DNA of 64,000 nucleotides from the human T2T-CHM13v2.0 reference genome, Homo sapiens. The notes under the pieces were generated by a model. It searched no databases. It saw only the letters and a program-made list of their open reading frames with translations, and had not been told where the DNA came from. Position 1 is the stretch's first letter, and every line of letters begins with the position of its first letter. Shown in pieces: positions 29,563 through 41,890 of this stretch. The DNA lies in the NCBI RefSeq assembly GCF_009914755.1, contig NC_060938.1, one strand, 5' to 3'. Position numbers and translations under genes: made by a program.

Positions 29563-29597
<35 letters not shown>

Positions 29598-29735
29598 CTG
29601 AAAGTGCATCCATGCATGTATATGTGCATGAGAGTGCACACACACACACACAAGCTGAAAGTGCATCCATGCATGTATATGTGCATGAGGGTGTACACAC
29701 ACTGACACACAAACACAAACACAAGCTGAAAATGC
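29481..29735. repeat. Four-unit minisatellite with an embedded variable (CA)n
   Basis: Core AGCTGAAAGTGCATCCATGCATGTATATGTGCATGAGGGT alternating with (CA)n of different lengths. Confidence 0.93.
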
Positions 29736-29789
29736 TTGGAGTTGTATGTCCTCCAGGAAGTCATGGGCTTTCATAGCCTTATGTGATGA

Positions 29790-30009
29790 GGGCTTTGAAA
29801 GTCGAGCTCCCTTACCTTCAGCTGAGACAAACTTTATACCCCAGAGCTGCCCTGAGAATCTGGCAAAGCCTGGGACTTGGCTTGTCCTCTTCCCCTTTCC
29901 TGTCCTGCTTCCTCATTCTTTTCCTGGTTTCTCTGGGAGCAGTTTCTTAATAAATCACTAGCACAGAAATCTCCCTCTCATGTTTACTTTTGGGGAATCT
30001 GATTAAGAG
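29790..30009 (+). mobile_element. ERVL LTR16/LTR33-like 3' fragment
   Basis: ctgggagcagtttcttaataaatcactagcac...tggggaatctgattaaga. Confidence 0.65.
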
Positions 30010-30367
30010 AGCTGGGTATATTGGAGCTTACCCTGAGTCAATGAACAGTAGCACAAGACAGTACATCTGAATGAGTCTGAACTACAATTTCAGGTTTTCT
30101 TCTTTGTGGTTTTATTTGGAGTATCACAGAAAATTTGTGAAATGTGCCAGACATAGTTGTGCTCCCAACTCACAGATGGGAAACAAAGGGCCAAATGACT
30201 TGCTCCAGCTTGTGGAGCAATCACGACCCGGGATGCCTGTTCTTCAATGTTTCATCTTGTGCTCGCTCCGCTTCACTGTTCAGCTTCTTCAAGTTAGAGC
30301 TTTTGTTCTCTCCCAGCGCCCCCATGAGGCACTGAAAGAAAACTAGGTCCCTTTTAGCTTCTCGACC

Positions 30368-30511
30368 CTGTACTGTCCAAAATAACAGCCCCTAACCCCA
30401 TGTGGTTATTTAAATGTAAATAAAGTTAAAAACTCAGTTCCTCAGTCAGACTAACCACATTTCAAGTGATGAATACTCACAACCTTGCAGAAAGTTCTTT
30501 GGATAGTGCTG
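30368..30511. mobile_element. MER3/MER33-like hAT MITE
   Basis: ctgtccaaa...tcagttcctcagtcagactaaccacatttcaagtg...gcagaaagttctttggatagtgctg. Confidence 0.75.
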
Positions 30512-32202
30512 TCTTAGACCCTTTACTCTTCAGAAGTTTCAAGTATTTTTCTCTTTGCGTGTATCTGCTAACTTGATATGTTTTTCTTTTTTTAAAACAA
30601 TCTTGGGACCAACATCAGGGTGATTGCTACCTTGAATTCACCATTACAGGCATCTGAATCTGCATAAACACATGCTAGATGGGCTTTGGGTAAAAGAGAA
30701 GGGGAGTGGCCACAAATACACATGTAATTAGGAAAGAAAATTTCATAAGGACTCCATTTTTCTCTCCCTGAAATACTAGTGAAATAATTCCTGCTTTTGC
30801 CTACCACACAGATGTAGAATTGAGGTGAAATTATAGAAATAAATTAGAGCACCGAGAATGAATTAGAACAATTCTAAAACTTATCTTTGAGCTTATTTAT
30901 GTAGGCATAATGTAAGTATATGGGATCATTAGATTTTAATTAAATGTTATATGTTAATTAACAGAAGACTGCTATTTTCTACAAAATGAAGAATACATTT
31001 TTTAAATAGTAATAAAAAGATTTAGAAAAAAATGACAAACTTATGATTTTAATCTTTGAATATGTATTATCAACGAAGACAGTCAATTTTTTTGTGCTCT
31101 GGAGTAGAGTGAAAAAAACAACAGCATCAAACAATGGTAAAGAAGTGAAATGATAGGGATCATAAAATTCGGCAGGATGGTGACGCTTGCTGTGAGAATT
31201 TGAAGGCTGCCATATACCACCGGAGGCTGAGGAGGCTTTGTGAGGTGATGGGAAGAATTAGAGAAGCTGCAAGTGGTAGGCATTTTTGGAAATGGAATTA
31301 AATTTAGAAACCAGTGTTTTTACAATTTAAGGCTAGAATGAAAATAAATTGTTTATGCAAAATTTAAATAGAAGTTCTTTCTTTCCTCTTTATAAGTACT
31401 TTTAAAGCAAGAGACACTCGAATTGATAGCAATAGAACAGAAAGAAAACATTACATATTTTGGAAAAAAATTAAAGATTTGTTTTCAGAAAGCCCACATT
31501 ACCTGCCAAAATTTCCAATATGTAATTTCAACTATAGAGATAGAGATTTATCTTTTGGGCAAATTACTTTTTTCTAAGGCTTGGCAAATATTGCACAATA
31601 AGTCACAAAATGCTAAGATGAATGAAGGTAATTGAAATCACATTTCTCAGTATAATCACATACTCAGTTGAGTATAATGCTGGATAATGAGGACACACAC
31701 ACAAAATATGTATATGATGAAAAAAATCTTCATGTTTGTTAACATTTTAGTTTCAATGAGATGGACTCACTTGTTTATTTACTTTTAAATTTGATTTAAT
31801 GAGGTTTTAAAAAGGATTGATTTAATGAGATTACTCAACTATTCCATCTAAGTAAATTTGAGACCTAAAAGTGCTAATGACACCAGATGTCACTCTCAAT
31901 TTTAAAAAGTAAGATCAAGACTTCCGTAGGTAAAAGAAAAATAGTTACTGGGGAATTATTTTATATTATTTAAAAGAAAGGGCGCTATTAAGAGAAAGCG
32001 TAGCTATGTCTACTGAAAGGAATAAGAGAACATGAGAAAGCTAAATTGTTCTGCATAAAAAGGCCAAGGGGGCTGGGGGGATGGGGAAAGAGGAGAGGCA
32101 TTACCTCTGATGATTCAGGAGGTAGGAAAGGTGCCTCTAAGCCATATAGAGAAAGGATGAAGAGGTAGGTGGCAGCTAGAGAGGAGAATTGGAGATGGGA
32201 GG

Positions 32203-32667
32203 TGTTCCGTCATTCAGTGTTGCATACAAATTACCCCCAAACTTAGTGACATAAAATGAAAATGTACTATATTCACAGATTCTGTGAGTCAGGAGTTCTT
32301 AGATTTGTTTGGGCAGTCTCTCATGTAGTTGCAGTCATATGCTGGTTGGGGCTTCACACACCCGAAAATTTGATGAGGGTGCTGGAGAACTCACTAGCAT
32401 AGCTGGTAAGTTAGTACTGGCTGTTGACTCGAGGCCTCAGTTCTCCACGTGGGCCGCTGCATGGAGCTGCTTGAGTGTCCACATAACACAATAACTGGCT
32501 TTTCCCAAAGCAAGCAATCCAAGAGGGCAAGTTGGAAGCCATGCTTCCACTATATACTCTTGATCACTCAGAGCCAGTGCTGATTCAGTATAGGAGGAGA
32601 TTACTCAAGGTCATAAAAATCAGGAAACATGGATCAGTGGGGTCCATCCTGGAGGCTAGCCACGACA
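32203..32667 (-). mobile_element. MaLR MLT1 LTR
   Basis: caaattacccccaaacttagtg...ccatcctggaggctagccacgaca. Confidence 0.8.
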
Positions 32668-34780
32668 GAGCAAGGCCACAGATATATTTATTAGAAATTT
32701 GAAAAGTATTTTTACACATAATGTGCCATTAACCATTCCTCAGCCTCCTCACTCAATTTTCAGTAAATCTAATACACTCATTAATGTTTTGTGGAGTTGG
32801 ATTTGCTCCTGAGGTCTGCTTTAAGTGGGCTTGAGACAAGAGGAGAGGACATCTACAGTTTTGGACACATCTGAGTTAAGTACATATTTTGACATTTTTC
32901 CCAAATGAAGCAGGGAGTCTCTGAATTACGTTATAAAAACTCCTGTAAAAGTGATAGGAATATCTAAGGTTTCTTTTTCTATTCTTCTTGCAAGTGACAG
33001 ATTACTCTCATTTTGTCACCACAATTACAGTGAGAACATCTAATTATTTTCCTTCCCCTAGGCAATGTATACCTCAGGGTGAAGAGAATAGCTTTCTTCT
33101 ATATTTGACCTTTTATATTGGCTTGAGACCAAAAAAGTTCATGTGGGAGATTCCACCTAGTCCGATTTTTGCCATATACACATCCTCAGAGGGTCACTTA
33201 AAACTCTTTCCTTCCATGCAAGAGCACTTTCCCTCCCACCTCTCTTTTCCTGATACCTTGACAAGGAGAAACAAGAGCCATGAGGATCCAGAATGAGAAA
33301 TAGGAAGACTTAGGGAGGAAATGTCCTAATCCACAGTCTTCTGGGAAGTCAGAACTTCTCTTTTCAGTTCAGCTCATCTTCTGTTTCACAGGGAGAATGA
33401 TTAGTCCTGAAGAATTAACTGTTCATCAAAAATAAAATCAAGTAAAAACGAAGGTAAAGGAAATTGACTCTTTACCATTGTGGAAAGGGCTGAAGATCTG
33501 TCATTCCTATTTCAGATTTAGTCAGAGAGAATTTGGGTAAGCATTGGCTTTCATAAATGCACTTCATGGCACACAGCTCCATGAATGTTCTCTCACAAAT
33601 CGTCAGTGTGAATCAATGTAATACTCAATAACATTTCCCTTTGGAACCTGTTTTAAAAGAGCTATTATTGTGATGGCAAGAATATGCTAAGCACACAGAC
33701 TATTATCCATTTGATTTTCTGCTGAAGAGAATTACTGCAAAGGTACCAAAGCAGTTTGATTATCACAGGGAGAGTTTTTATTTTCAGCTTTTTCAAGCTG
33801 TGTATTGAGTTGCTTTGCTTTCATTTAAACATTACATTCTATAATTAATTTACAATACACTCAGGGAAAAGACTCCTTGGTGTAAAGCAAAAAGCTACAA
33901 AAAAGTAGAAGATTTAATTCCCTCAAAGGCTTCAAATTAAATTTCAATTCAATGCAATTAACATTTATTGAATGTCTGCAGGGATCATAGCACTGTGTGG
34001 GTACTAGAATTCAAACTATGCAGAAGTTCAAGAGGGTTTCAAAGTTAATTTTATAAATATAGGTAGAGAAAAATCAGAATCATTTAAACTATATTCTTTT
34101 TGAAGTCTAGATTTCCTTTGACAGATTCTCAAAATGGTGTGTAATCTGATTGGGAGTTCCCTTGGAATACGGCAAAGAGCACAAAAAACATTCTTTCTTG
34201 AGTCTTAAATTTGGAGTAAATAAATTTTTATTACTACCTCAAGAAATGGCTTAAATGATAGAAGAAACTAGTTTAAAATATTTTAACTAAAATTAGTGAA
34301 TGATAGTGTTGCTTTCAGAAAGATACCATAAAATAAAAAGACTCCTGTTATACATGGAATTTAACATTTCAGATTTGGAACGTATTTACTCTTTAAGTGT
34401 CATTCAAAAAATAACAAGTAGTAGTCTGGTTATCACCAGGAACTAGGAATAATTTGGAAAGAGAGTAGAGATACTTTTAGAACTGCTGGAATTTTTCAAA
34501 AGACCTACCAAAATCTAGCAAAAGAAGTACATCAAAATTTCTCCAGAGCCCTCCTTACCTAAGAATGTTTCATATATCTGCCAGCCCTTTTCCTGCAAAA
34601 GTCAAAGATGGGTCTAGATACAAAGCAGATGCAATGAGTTCCTTTCTTAGGATCAAAAACCACACCTCATCTGCAGACGAGATCCTGAACACAAAAACAC
34701 TGTTTCTTTGTCTATGTTTTATTATCAATTTGTCCTGTTTATCCTGTGAGATTCTTTCTTAAAATTTTGTTAATGTGATT

Positions 34781-35139
34781 CTATGCAGCCATAAAAAAGA
34801 ATGAGATCATGTATTTTGCAGGGACAGGAATGGAGCTGGAGGCCTTTACTCTTAGCAGACTAATGCAGGAACAGAAAACCAAATACCACATGTTCTCACT
34901 TATAAGTGGCAGCTAACCGATGAGACCCTGTGGACACAAAGAGGGGAATAATGCACATTGGGGCCTATTGGAGGAGGGAGGGTGGGAGAAGGGAGAGGAT
35001 CAGGAAAAATAACTAGTGGGTGCTAGGCTTAATACCTGGGTGATGAAGTAATCTGTACAACAAACTCTCATGACACAAGTTTACCTATGTAACAAACCCA
35101 CACATGTACCCTTAAACTTAAACTAAAAGTTAAAAAAAA
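34781..35139 (+). mobile_element. L1PA13-like 3' end
   Basis: gggagaggatcaggaaaaataac...catgacacaagtttacc; flanked by ttaatgtgattct / ttaatctaattct. Confidence 0.9.
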
Positions 35140-35149
35140 TTAATCTAAT

Positions 35150-36115
35150 TCTGAGTCAGTACTGTTTACTGAAAAGTACTTCCTTTCCCCCTGCCCTATG
35201 GTGGAAACTGCCACCACTTTCGTTGTATATTAGCCAACTGTATATTTGTGAGTCTGTTTCTGCACTCTATTTTGTGTCATTTTTCTATTTGTCTATCCTT
35301 GCATCCATTCCATTTTAACTGTTATTTGTTAACCCTTGCAATCTGAAAATCCTCTAACTTTATTTTTCTTTTAAGTTTGTTTTGGGTATTCTTAAGAGTT
35401 TTTATGTCCATACAAGTTTTAGTTCAGCATCAGCTTGTTAATATCAACAATTGAAAACAATAGCAACAACAATAACAACAACAACAACCAAAGCCAAAAA
35501 CCAACCAACCAGACAAATAAACCTCTTGGGATTTTATTTGAAATTGCATTTAATCTATGGAGCAATTTGAGGAGATCTGAAGCTTTACAGTATTGAGTTT
35601 TCTAGTATGCAGGCGTGGTGCATTTTATCATTTATATGGGTAGCTTTAATTTCTCTTATAAATGCTTTCCAGATAGAAGTCTTGTGTAAGTTGCATTAGA
35701 TTTATTCCTGTATTTGACTGATAGTTTTGAAGCTATTATAAAGGGTAGAAGTAAAAAAAAATCCAGTTGTTTGTTGCTAGCATGTAGAAATACAGTTGAT
35801 TTTTTATATTGATTTTGTATCTAGAGACATTTAAAAATCACTTATTTGTTCTAATATTTCACCTGTAGACTCTGCTGGATTTTCTAAGTACAAAACTAGG
35901 TTGTGTGCAAATAATGGTAGTCATGGTTTTTCCCTTAAAATCTTTATAGTGTTTCTTTCATTTGCATTACTGTACTAGCTAGGATATACAGATCAAAATC
36001 GAATAGATGAGGTAAAAGCAAACATCTCTGTATCGTTCTTGATTTCCGGGAGAATGATTTTAATGCTTTACCATTAAGTATGGTATTTGCTATAAGGGTT
36101 TTTGTAGATAAGGAT
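35150..36115 (-). mobile_element. Ancient L1M ORF2 fragment
   Basis: gttgattttttatattgattttgtatct...ttaccattaagtatggtatttgct. Confidence 0.78.
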
Positions 36116-36199
36116 TGATTTTTATTATATCTATTTTAGTTGTTAATAATTGTTAATCGTTGTTTCATTTCTTTTTCTTTAGCCTACTTTCTTTCAGCC

Positions 36200-36495
36200 T
36201 GAGACTGAGTCCTCCTACACCCTCCAACAGCTTTGTAAACAGTTTTGTAAAATGCCTCTTGATTTTCCACACTGTCAAATCTGCCAGTTAATCAGATCCA
36301 TTCCTTCTTTTCCTTTTCTGGAGACATGTAGATTGTTTGCACTCCACCTGGGTGCTTCTAGGACTCCCTTTGCCATCATTCTGGGAATTCCAGTTGCCTT
36401 TTTCTGATTTCCAGGGGCTGTTCTTGGTTCCTTAATTTTCTTTCTTCTTGGCTTCTTCCCATGTTTCCGTGGTAAACAACTTTAGCCATTTCCTT
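36200..36495 (-). mobile_element. HAL1-like fragment
   Basis: ccatcattctgggaattcc...ttttctttcttcttgg resembles 49050-49170. Confidence 0.5.
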
Positions 36496-37540
36496 TGGGC
36501 ACCCGAGCTCACAGTGCAGCATGGAGCATCAGGGTAGGTCTGTGGGAGACTGATTTGAGAAAACTCAAATGAGCAGAGGGGCTTTAGGACAGAAAGTGAG
36601 GAGGGGAAAATGGGAAGAAACAGCTGCTATGCTTCAATCCATGACAATAATGAGGCCATTTTGAGTAACACAAAATTTGGTCAATACCATATCTAAGAAT
36701 GTATTTTCCATACCATTTATCAAAATGGCTAAAGCACATTAAAAAAATTCAAGTAAAATATTCACAGAATTCCTGAAAACCACTAAGATTTATTAAAATT
36801 TGAAATTAATTACCAAAGATTCCAATGAACTTTTCTGTAAATAATTAATATTCATTCAATAAATATTAAAAAATATTCAATATTTTTATATGCTCCTAGA
36901 TGTTTGAAATGCATAATTGAACAAAATAGACAAATCTCTGCTTTCATGGGGGAAGATAGGCAATAAACATAGTAAGTTACTTTGTAGCATAATAGAAAGT
37001 GATAAGAGATGTAGAAAGGATATGGATGACTAGGAGTCCTGGGCAGGATGAAAAGTGCAATTTTAAATAAGGTTGTCAGAGTAGGCTTCATGGAGAAGGT
37101 GGTATTTGAGCAGAGATTTGAAGAGGAGCACTGCAGGCAGAGAAAATAGCCAATGCAAAGGCCCAAAGGTGGGCACATATCTGGCATGTTCAGCAACATG
37201 GGGGGCCAGTGTGGCTGAAGTAGAGTGAATGAGAGAGAGCATAACAAGAGGTTAGGTCAGAGAGATGATGAGGGCTAAGCCATGTTGAACCACACTGGCC
37301 ATCATAGTACTTGGGCACTCACTCAGAATGAATATAGGAGCCCTCAGTAGCATAGATTTGGAGCAGAGTGACATGATCTGGCTTGTATTTTGAAGCAATC
37401 ACTTAGGGGTGGTGTTGAGAAGAGGCTGTAGGGGCCAAGGACAGGAGGAGGAAGGCCAGGCAGAAGCTACTGAAGTGATTCTGGCTGGTGGCTCCAATCA
37501 AAATGGCAGCAGTGCAAGTGGCAGTGCAGGTAGTGAGAAG

Positions 37541-38012
37541 TGAACATCATCACTGCTGGGTAACACTGCCCTAAAACCAAAGTGGCTTAAAATAATTTAT
37601 TATCCTCATTCTGTGGGCTGGCCAAGTGGTTCTTCTGATGGTTTCTTCTGGACTCATTCATGTGGCTGCATCTGCGGCAAGGCTGGCTCCCTCACATGGC
37701 CAGGGGACCTTGGTTCTCCTTCATCCAGCCTCCAGCCTTTCATCCCCCAGTGCTAGGCCAGCCTCCTTATGTGGTGGCCTTAGGGAGTATTCCAAGAGAG
37801 GGAGTGGGGATGCTACAAAGTACCTACCTTGAAGTCACATAATATCATTTCTGCCACATTCTACGTTTTTAAACCAAGTCACAAGGGCAGTTTAGATATA
37901 AGTGGTGAGGGAAATAGACTCCATGTCATGATGGGAGGAATAGCAAAGTTAATTGCAAAGGAACCTGCATCCTGGGGTAGGAGGAGTTTGTATCCAATTT
38001 TTTAATCCACCA
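37541..38012 (-). mobile_element. MaLR MLT1 LTR
   Basis: agtggcttaaaataatttattat...catttctgccacattcta...aatccacca. Confidence 0.78.
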
Positions 38013-38032
38013 AAGAAGTACTTAGCATGCTC

Positions 38033-38372
38033 TTTTTTTTTGTTTTGTTTTGTTTTTTTTTTTTTTTTTTTTTTTTTAGACAGGGTCTTACTCTGTCACT
38101 CAGGCACAATCATAGCTCACTGGAGCCTCAAACATCAGGGCTCATGTTGTTTTCCTGCCTCAGGCTCCTGAGTAGCTGGGACTATAGGCATGTACCACCA
38201 TGCCCAGCTAATCAGTTAATTTGTCAGTTTTTTGTTTTTTTAAAGAAGGGGTATTTTTATATTGCCTAGGGTGATCTTGAACCCCTGGGCTCAAGGGATC
38301 CTCCTGCCTCAGCCTCCCAAAGTGTTGGGATTATACTTTGTAAGCCCAAAGTGTGAGCCATCATGTCCAGCC
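38033..38372 (-). mobile_element. AluJ
   Basis: Long T-rich tail; atcatagctcactg and gggctcaagggatcctcctgcc. Confidence 0.9.
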
Positions 38373-40284
38373 AAAAAGTATTCAGTATTTTGAGAGTATA
38401 AGTTGGATATGTGATGTGAGAGAAAGAGAGGAATCAGGGATGACTTTGAGATTTCTGGCTTAAGCAACTGGCAAGTAGGAGTTTTTAATCAACTGAGGTG
38501 GGGAAGACTGTGGGTAGACTAAGTTTTGGGTGAGAAGAGCAGGATTCAGTCAGGGGAACGGAAGGGCAGGCTCTCTGTACCAGCACTCAGTATGCAGTTT
38601 CATATCAAGTCAAAGGCTGTCTGAGACCAACACTGGTCTTTGAGAGTGGGAAGTTCAAGCAAGCAGAAGATGACAAGTAGGTGTCGCTGGCTCTAATGGA
38701 AGATGGGCAAGAGAAGGCCTCTACATTCTAGAAAGTGAACTTGCTATGTGGTTTGCCTGGCAACGGACAGGGTGAGGTAAATAATGCCACAGAAGTTCCA
38801 GGATGAAGGATTACAAGAGGTTTGTAAGAAAACTCCAGGGGTACAGTGGTTCAGAAATGGACATAACAGCCTAGAGGAAGACCTGGGAGAAGCCCTTGAA
38901 TAACCATTGGTCCATTGTGCATCTAGGGTCCTTAACAAAAAGATAAAAGACAAGTGTATAATATGTTGGAAAAAAAATTTCCCATTCCCACACAGGTAAG
39001 TGTCTACAGCAAAGCTATCCCTGGGTCTTGTAAATGTGGAATATGGCCCACAATTTAAAGTCAGCTTCTTTTTTTTTGAGTGAGGAAAAATCTCATAAGG
39101 AAATGCCTGATCCTTCTTTAGGCATAAAAAGAGCATGATTCACACCCAAGGAAGAGAATGTTGGGGGGAGTGCACCCACGCTGTGTGAAACTTCATTGTC
39201 ATGCCTCTGTGTGAGGGTGTGTGGATACAGTGTCTGGGTGTATTTGCACACACATTTATTTCGGCAAATATTGGTAACTGCCTGATTGACCTTTCTTTAG
39301 GGCAAGGACTCAGATGGTTAGGAGGGAGAAACAGGTTGCTCCTCAGGCTGGTGCACATTCTTGGCTACATTTTACAAATAAGCTGTAAAAGATGGAATAT
39401 ATTTGCTGGCTGGTTTGACAGTCTACCCAGAGGTAGGAGGATGGACTCTATGACCTTTGAAAGTCAATTTTCATCCCAAGATTTCATGTTCCAATTATGG
39501 CTGATAGACTATTTAAATAAATGATGGTTTTTCTATTAGGAAAGAAAATTGACTGGAATTCATTCTATTTGAGCCACAAAAATTTGAAAATAGGTCAACT
39601 CTTAATTACCCAGGGTGATATAATAGGGAACATCTTGGATGGATTATCCCAAACCACAGGTAATTAACAAAATGTGCAAATTAGGCACTGATTCATAGCA
39701 TTCATTAAAATTTACATTTAAACTACTACTTAAGCAGCATAGATTTATAGATGAGCAACTCAACATGGTAAAAATAATTTTAAGATGAATATACGCATTT
39801 TAAATAAAATGTAGAGTTGAAGATATTGCCAAAAGACTGGACAATCTGAAATATTTTCATACTCTAAAATTCAGAACATTTACCTAGTGCTGCATAAGAC
39901 ATTTGGCAGATTTAAAAAAATCTCATTTTTATAAAAGGCAAGGGAGAGATCAACAGAGGTTTTTCACCCCCTGGAAACTCCTGTGCCCGCCCAATGCTGG
40001 ACCCTTCCCTTTGTGCTGGTGTTCAGGCCCACAAAGCCACCTCTTTCTCTCCCCGACACACTTCTGTGAAAAATGTTGACAGAAGAACAAAGACTAGGGT
40101 GAGTCAGGAAGTGAGAAAAAGAAACTAGAGACAGGAATAATTATAGCACAATCCTTAACCGATTATGGAAACCAAAATTTTAGTGCCATTTCTATCTTAC
40201 CCAAGGAAAACAATGAAATGAACTTTACTAAAATTTAATATGGGTTAGCACATAACACATACATTTATATATAAATTTACATAC

Positions 40285-40798
40285 ATTGGCTGCGGATATT
40301 AAACCCTGGCTCACATAATCTTGGTCTTCCTTTGTACTCTATTGTATGGCATCCAGTCGTGCACAGGTGTGATCTGTCAGCCTCAAGCTTCAGCTCCTCC
40401 ATATCTCTATCATCTATTATTCTTTCTCTACCTCTGTCCAGCCATGCTCAAGCATGCACAAATATGGAAGTGTGAGAAACTTGACTCAATGGGAGCTGAG
40501 AGCCAATGGATAAATACTTACCTTTCCCATGTCCTGGATGAACAATTCTAAAGTGCATTCTACATGGTTCTTCAGAGGGACCTCATTGGCCCTTATTGGC
40601 CCTTAATAGTAACCAGCCCAATTATGTCCCCTTTGAATTGGCCTCTGCCCTTCCCTGTTTTCCCTTTTCCAGCCCCTACTATCCTGGTCTCCTTGGTAGG
40701 ATTATTCCTGCAAATAAACTTCCTTTATGGAAGCCATTGTCTTAGACTCTTTTTGAGTCTTAGACTCTGTTTTTTTGAGGAAGAAACCAGGCTATGCA
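40285..40798 (+). mobile_element. ERVL LTR16-like LTR
   Basis: agccaatggataaatac...acaattctaaagtgcattctacatggtt...caaataaact...aaccaggcta. Confidence 0.7.
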
Positions 40799-41414
40799 AG
40801 ATGTATACTAAAACATCTTTATGAAAGGGTATAAGACAAATATTTTTGAGACTACTAATCTAAAGCATTGATTGTCAATGTATTTGTAAAAAATAAGCCC
40901 ACAATATACTAATATTTGTATATGTGGCAAGCTATGTGCCACACATGTGCTGTTTTTATGAGCACATTAGGTATACCTCTACCCCCTTTTCTCCCACCCC
41001 ATGCAGCATATTGACACAAATCAGAAAGAGTACTTCTATTATGGGGATGTTCTTACATTTACTCAAAGTTATAAATAAAGCTAATCAAGTGATAAATTAA
41101 TATCAAATTTCTTTGAAGGCCTGGTAACTAATTGTGATTCAGAATGTTTTAGGTGGGATGCTTTGGTTGAAATCTCTAAAGCAAACAGATTCAGGTTTAG
41201 AACGTGGAACTCGATGCTAACAACTATTTTTCATATTTAAGCAACTTCTCAAGTTATTTACTTATAAGCTATACATATAACTTTACATCTTTATGTAAGA
41301 GATTACATACAACTTTTTGCCATCTTAGTCCTTGCTCAAAAACAGCTCAGAGGTTTCCTTCATATATGCCAAGAAAATTAAAAAATTAAGAGTAAGTTAA
41401 GAAAACAGCTCAGG

Positions 41415-41890
41415 GGTGTTATGAGAAGGGTACTTTACCTCTTTAGCATTTTTCATCAAAATTTGTAACTTCAGTCTAATGAGAAAATATCAGACAATCC
41501 AAATTGAGGAGCATTCTACAAAATGTCCAGTACTCTTCAAAAGTGTCAAGATCCCCCAAAACAAGACAAGACTAAACAAGACAAGACTAAAAAACTGTCA
41601 TAGATCAGAGAAGAATGGAGAGACCTGGTGACTAAATGCTTTGGGATATCCTGGATTGGATTCTAGAATAGCAAATAAGGTGAGTGGGAAAAGTGGTGAA
41701 ATACAAATAAAGTCTATAGTTTAGTTCAGCATTGTTTAGTATTGTGCTAATATTAATTTCTTAATTTTCAAAAATGCAGCATGGTTTTATAAGTACTAAC
41801 ATCATGGGAAGCTGGGAGAAGGGTATAGGGAAATACTCTGTACTATCTTTGTAACTTTCCTGGAAATCTAAAATTATTTCAAAGATTAAA
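41415..41890 (+). mobile_element. L1MC4-like 3' region
   Basis: cagacaatccaaattgaggagcattctacaaaa...ctctgtactatctttgtaactttcc. Confidence 0.8.

Larger units (their letters stand above)
36850..38550 (-). mobile_element. L2a interrupted by MLT1 and AluJ
   Basis: ttcattcaataaatatt...ggtagtgagaagtg; resumes gagagaaagagaggaatcagggatgact. Confidence 0.8.

Noticed and set aside
29481-29735. CRISPR-like repeat-spacer appearance
   Set aside because: The spacers are only (CA)n, the DNA is primate, and there are no cas genes; it is a minisatellite.
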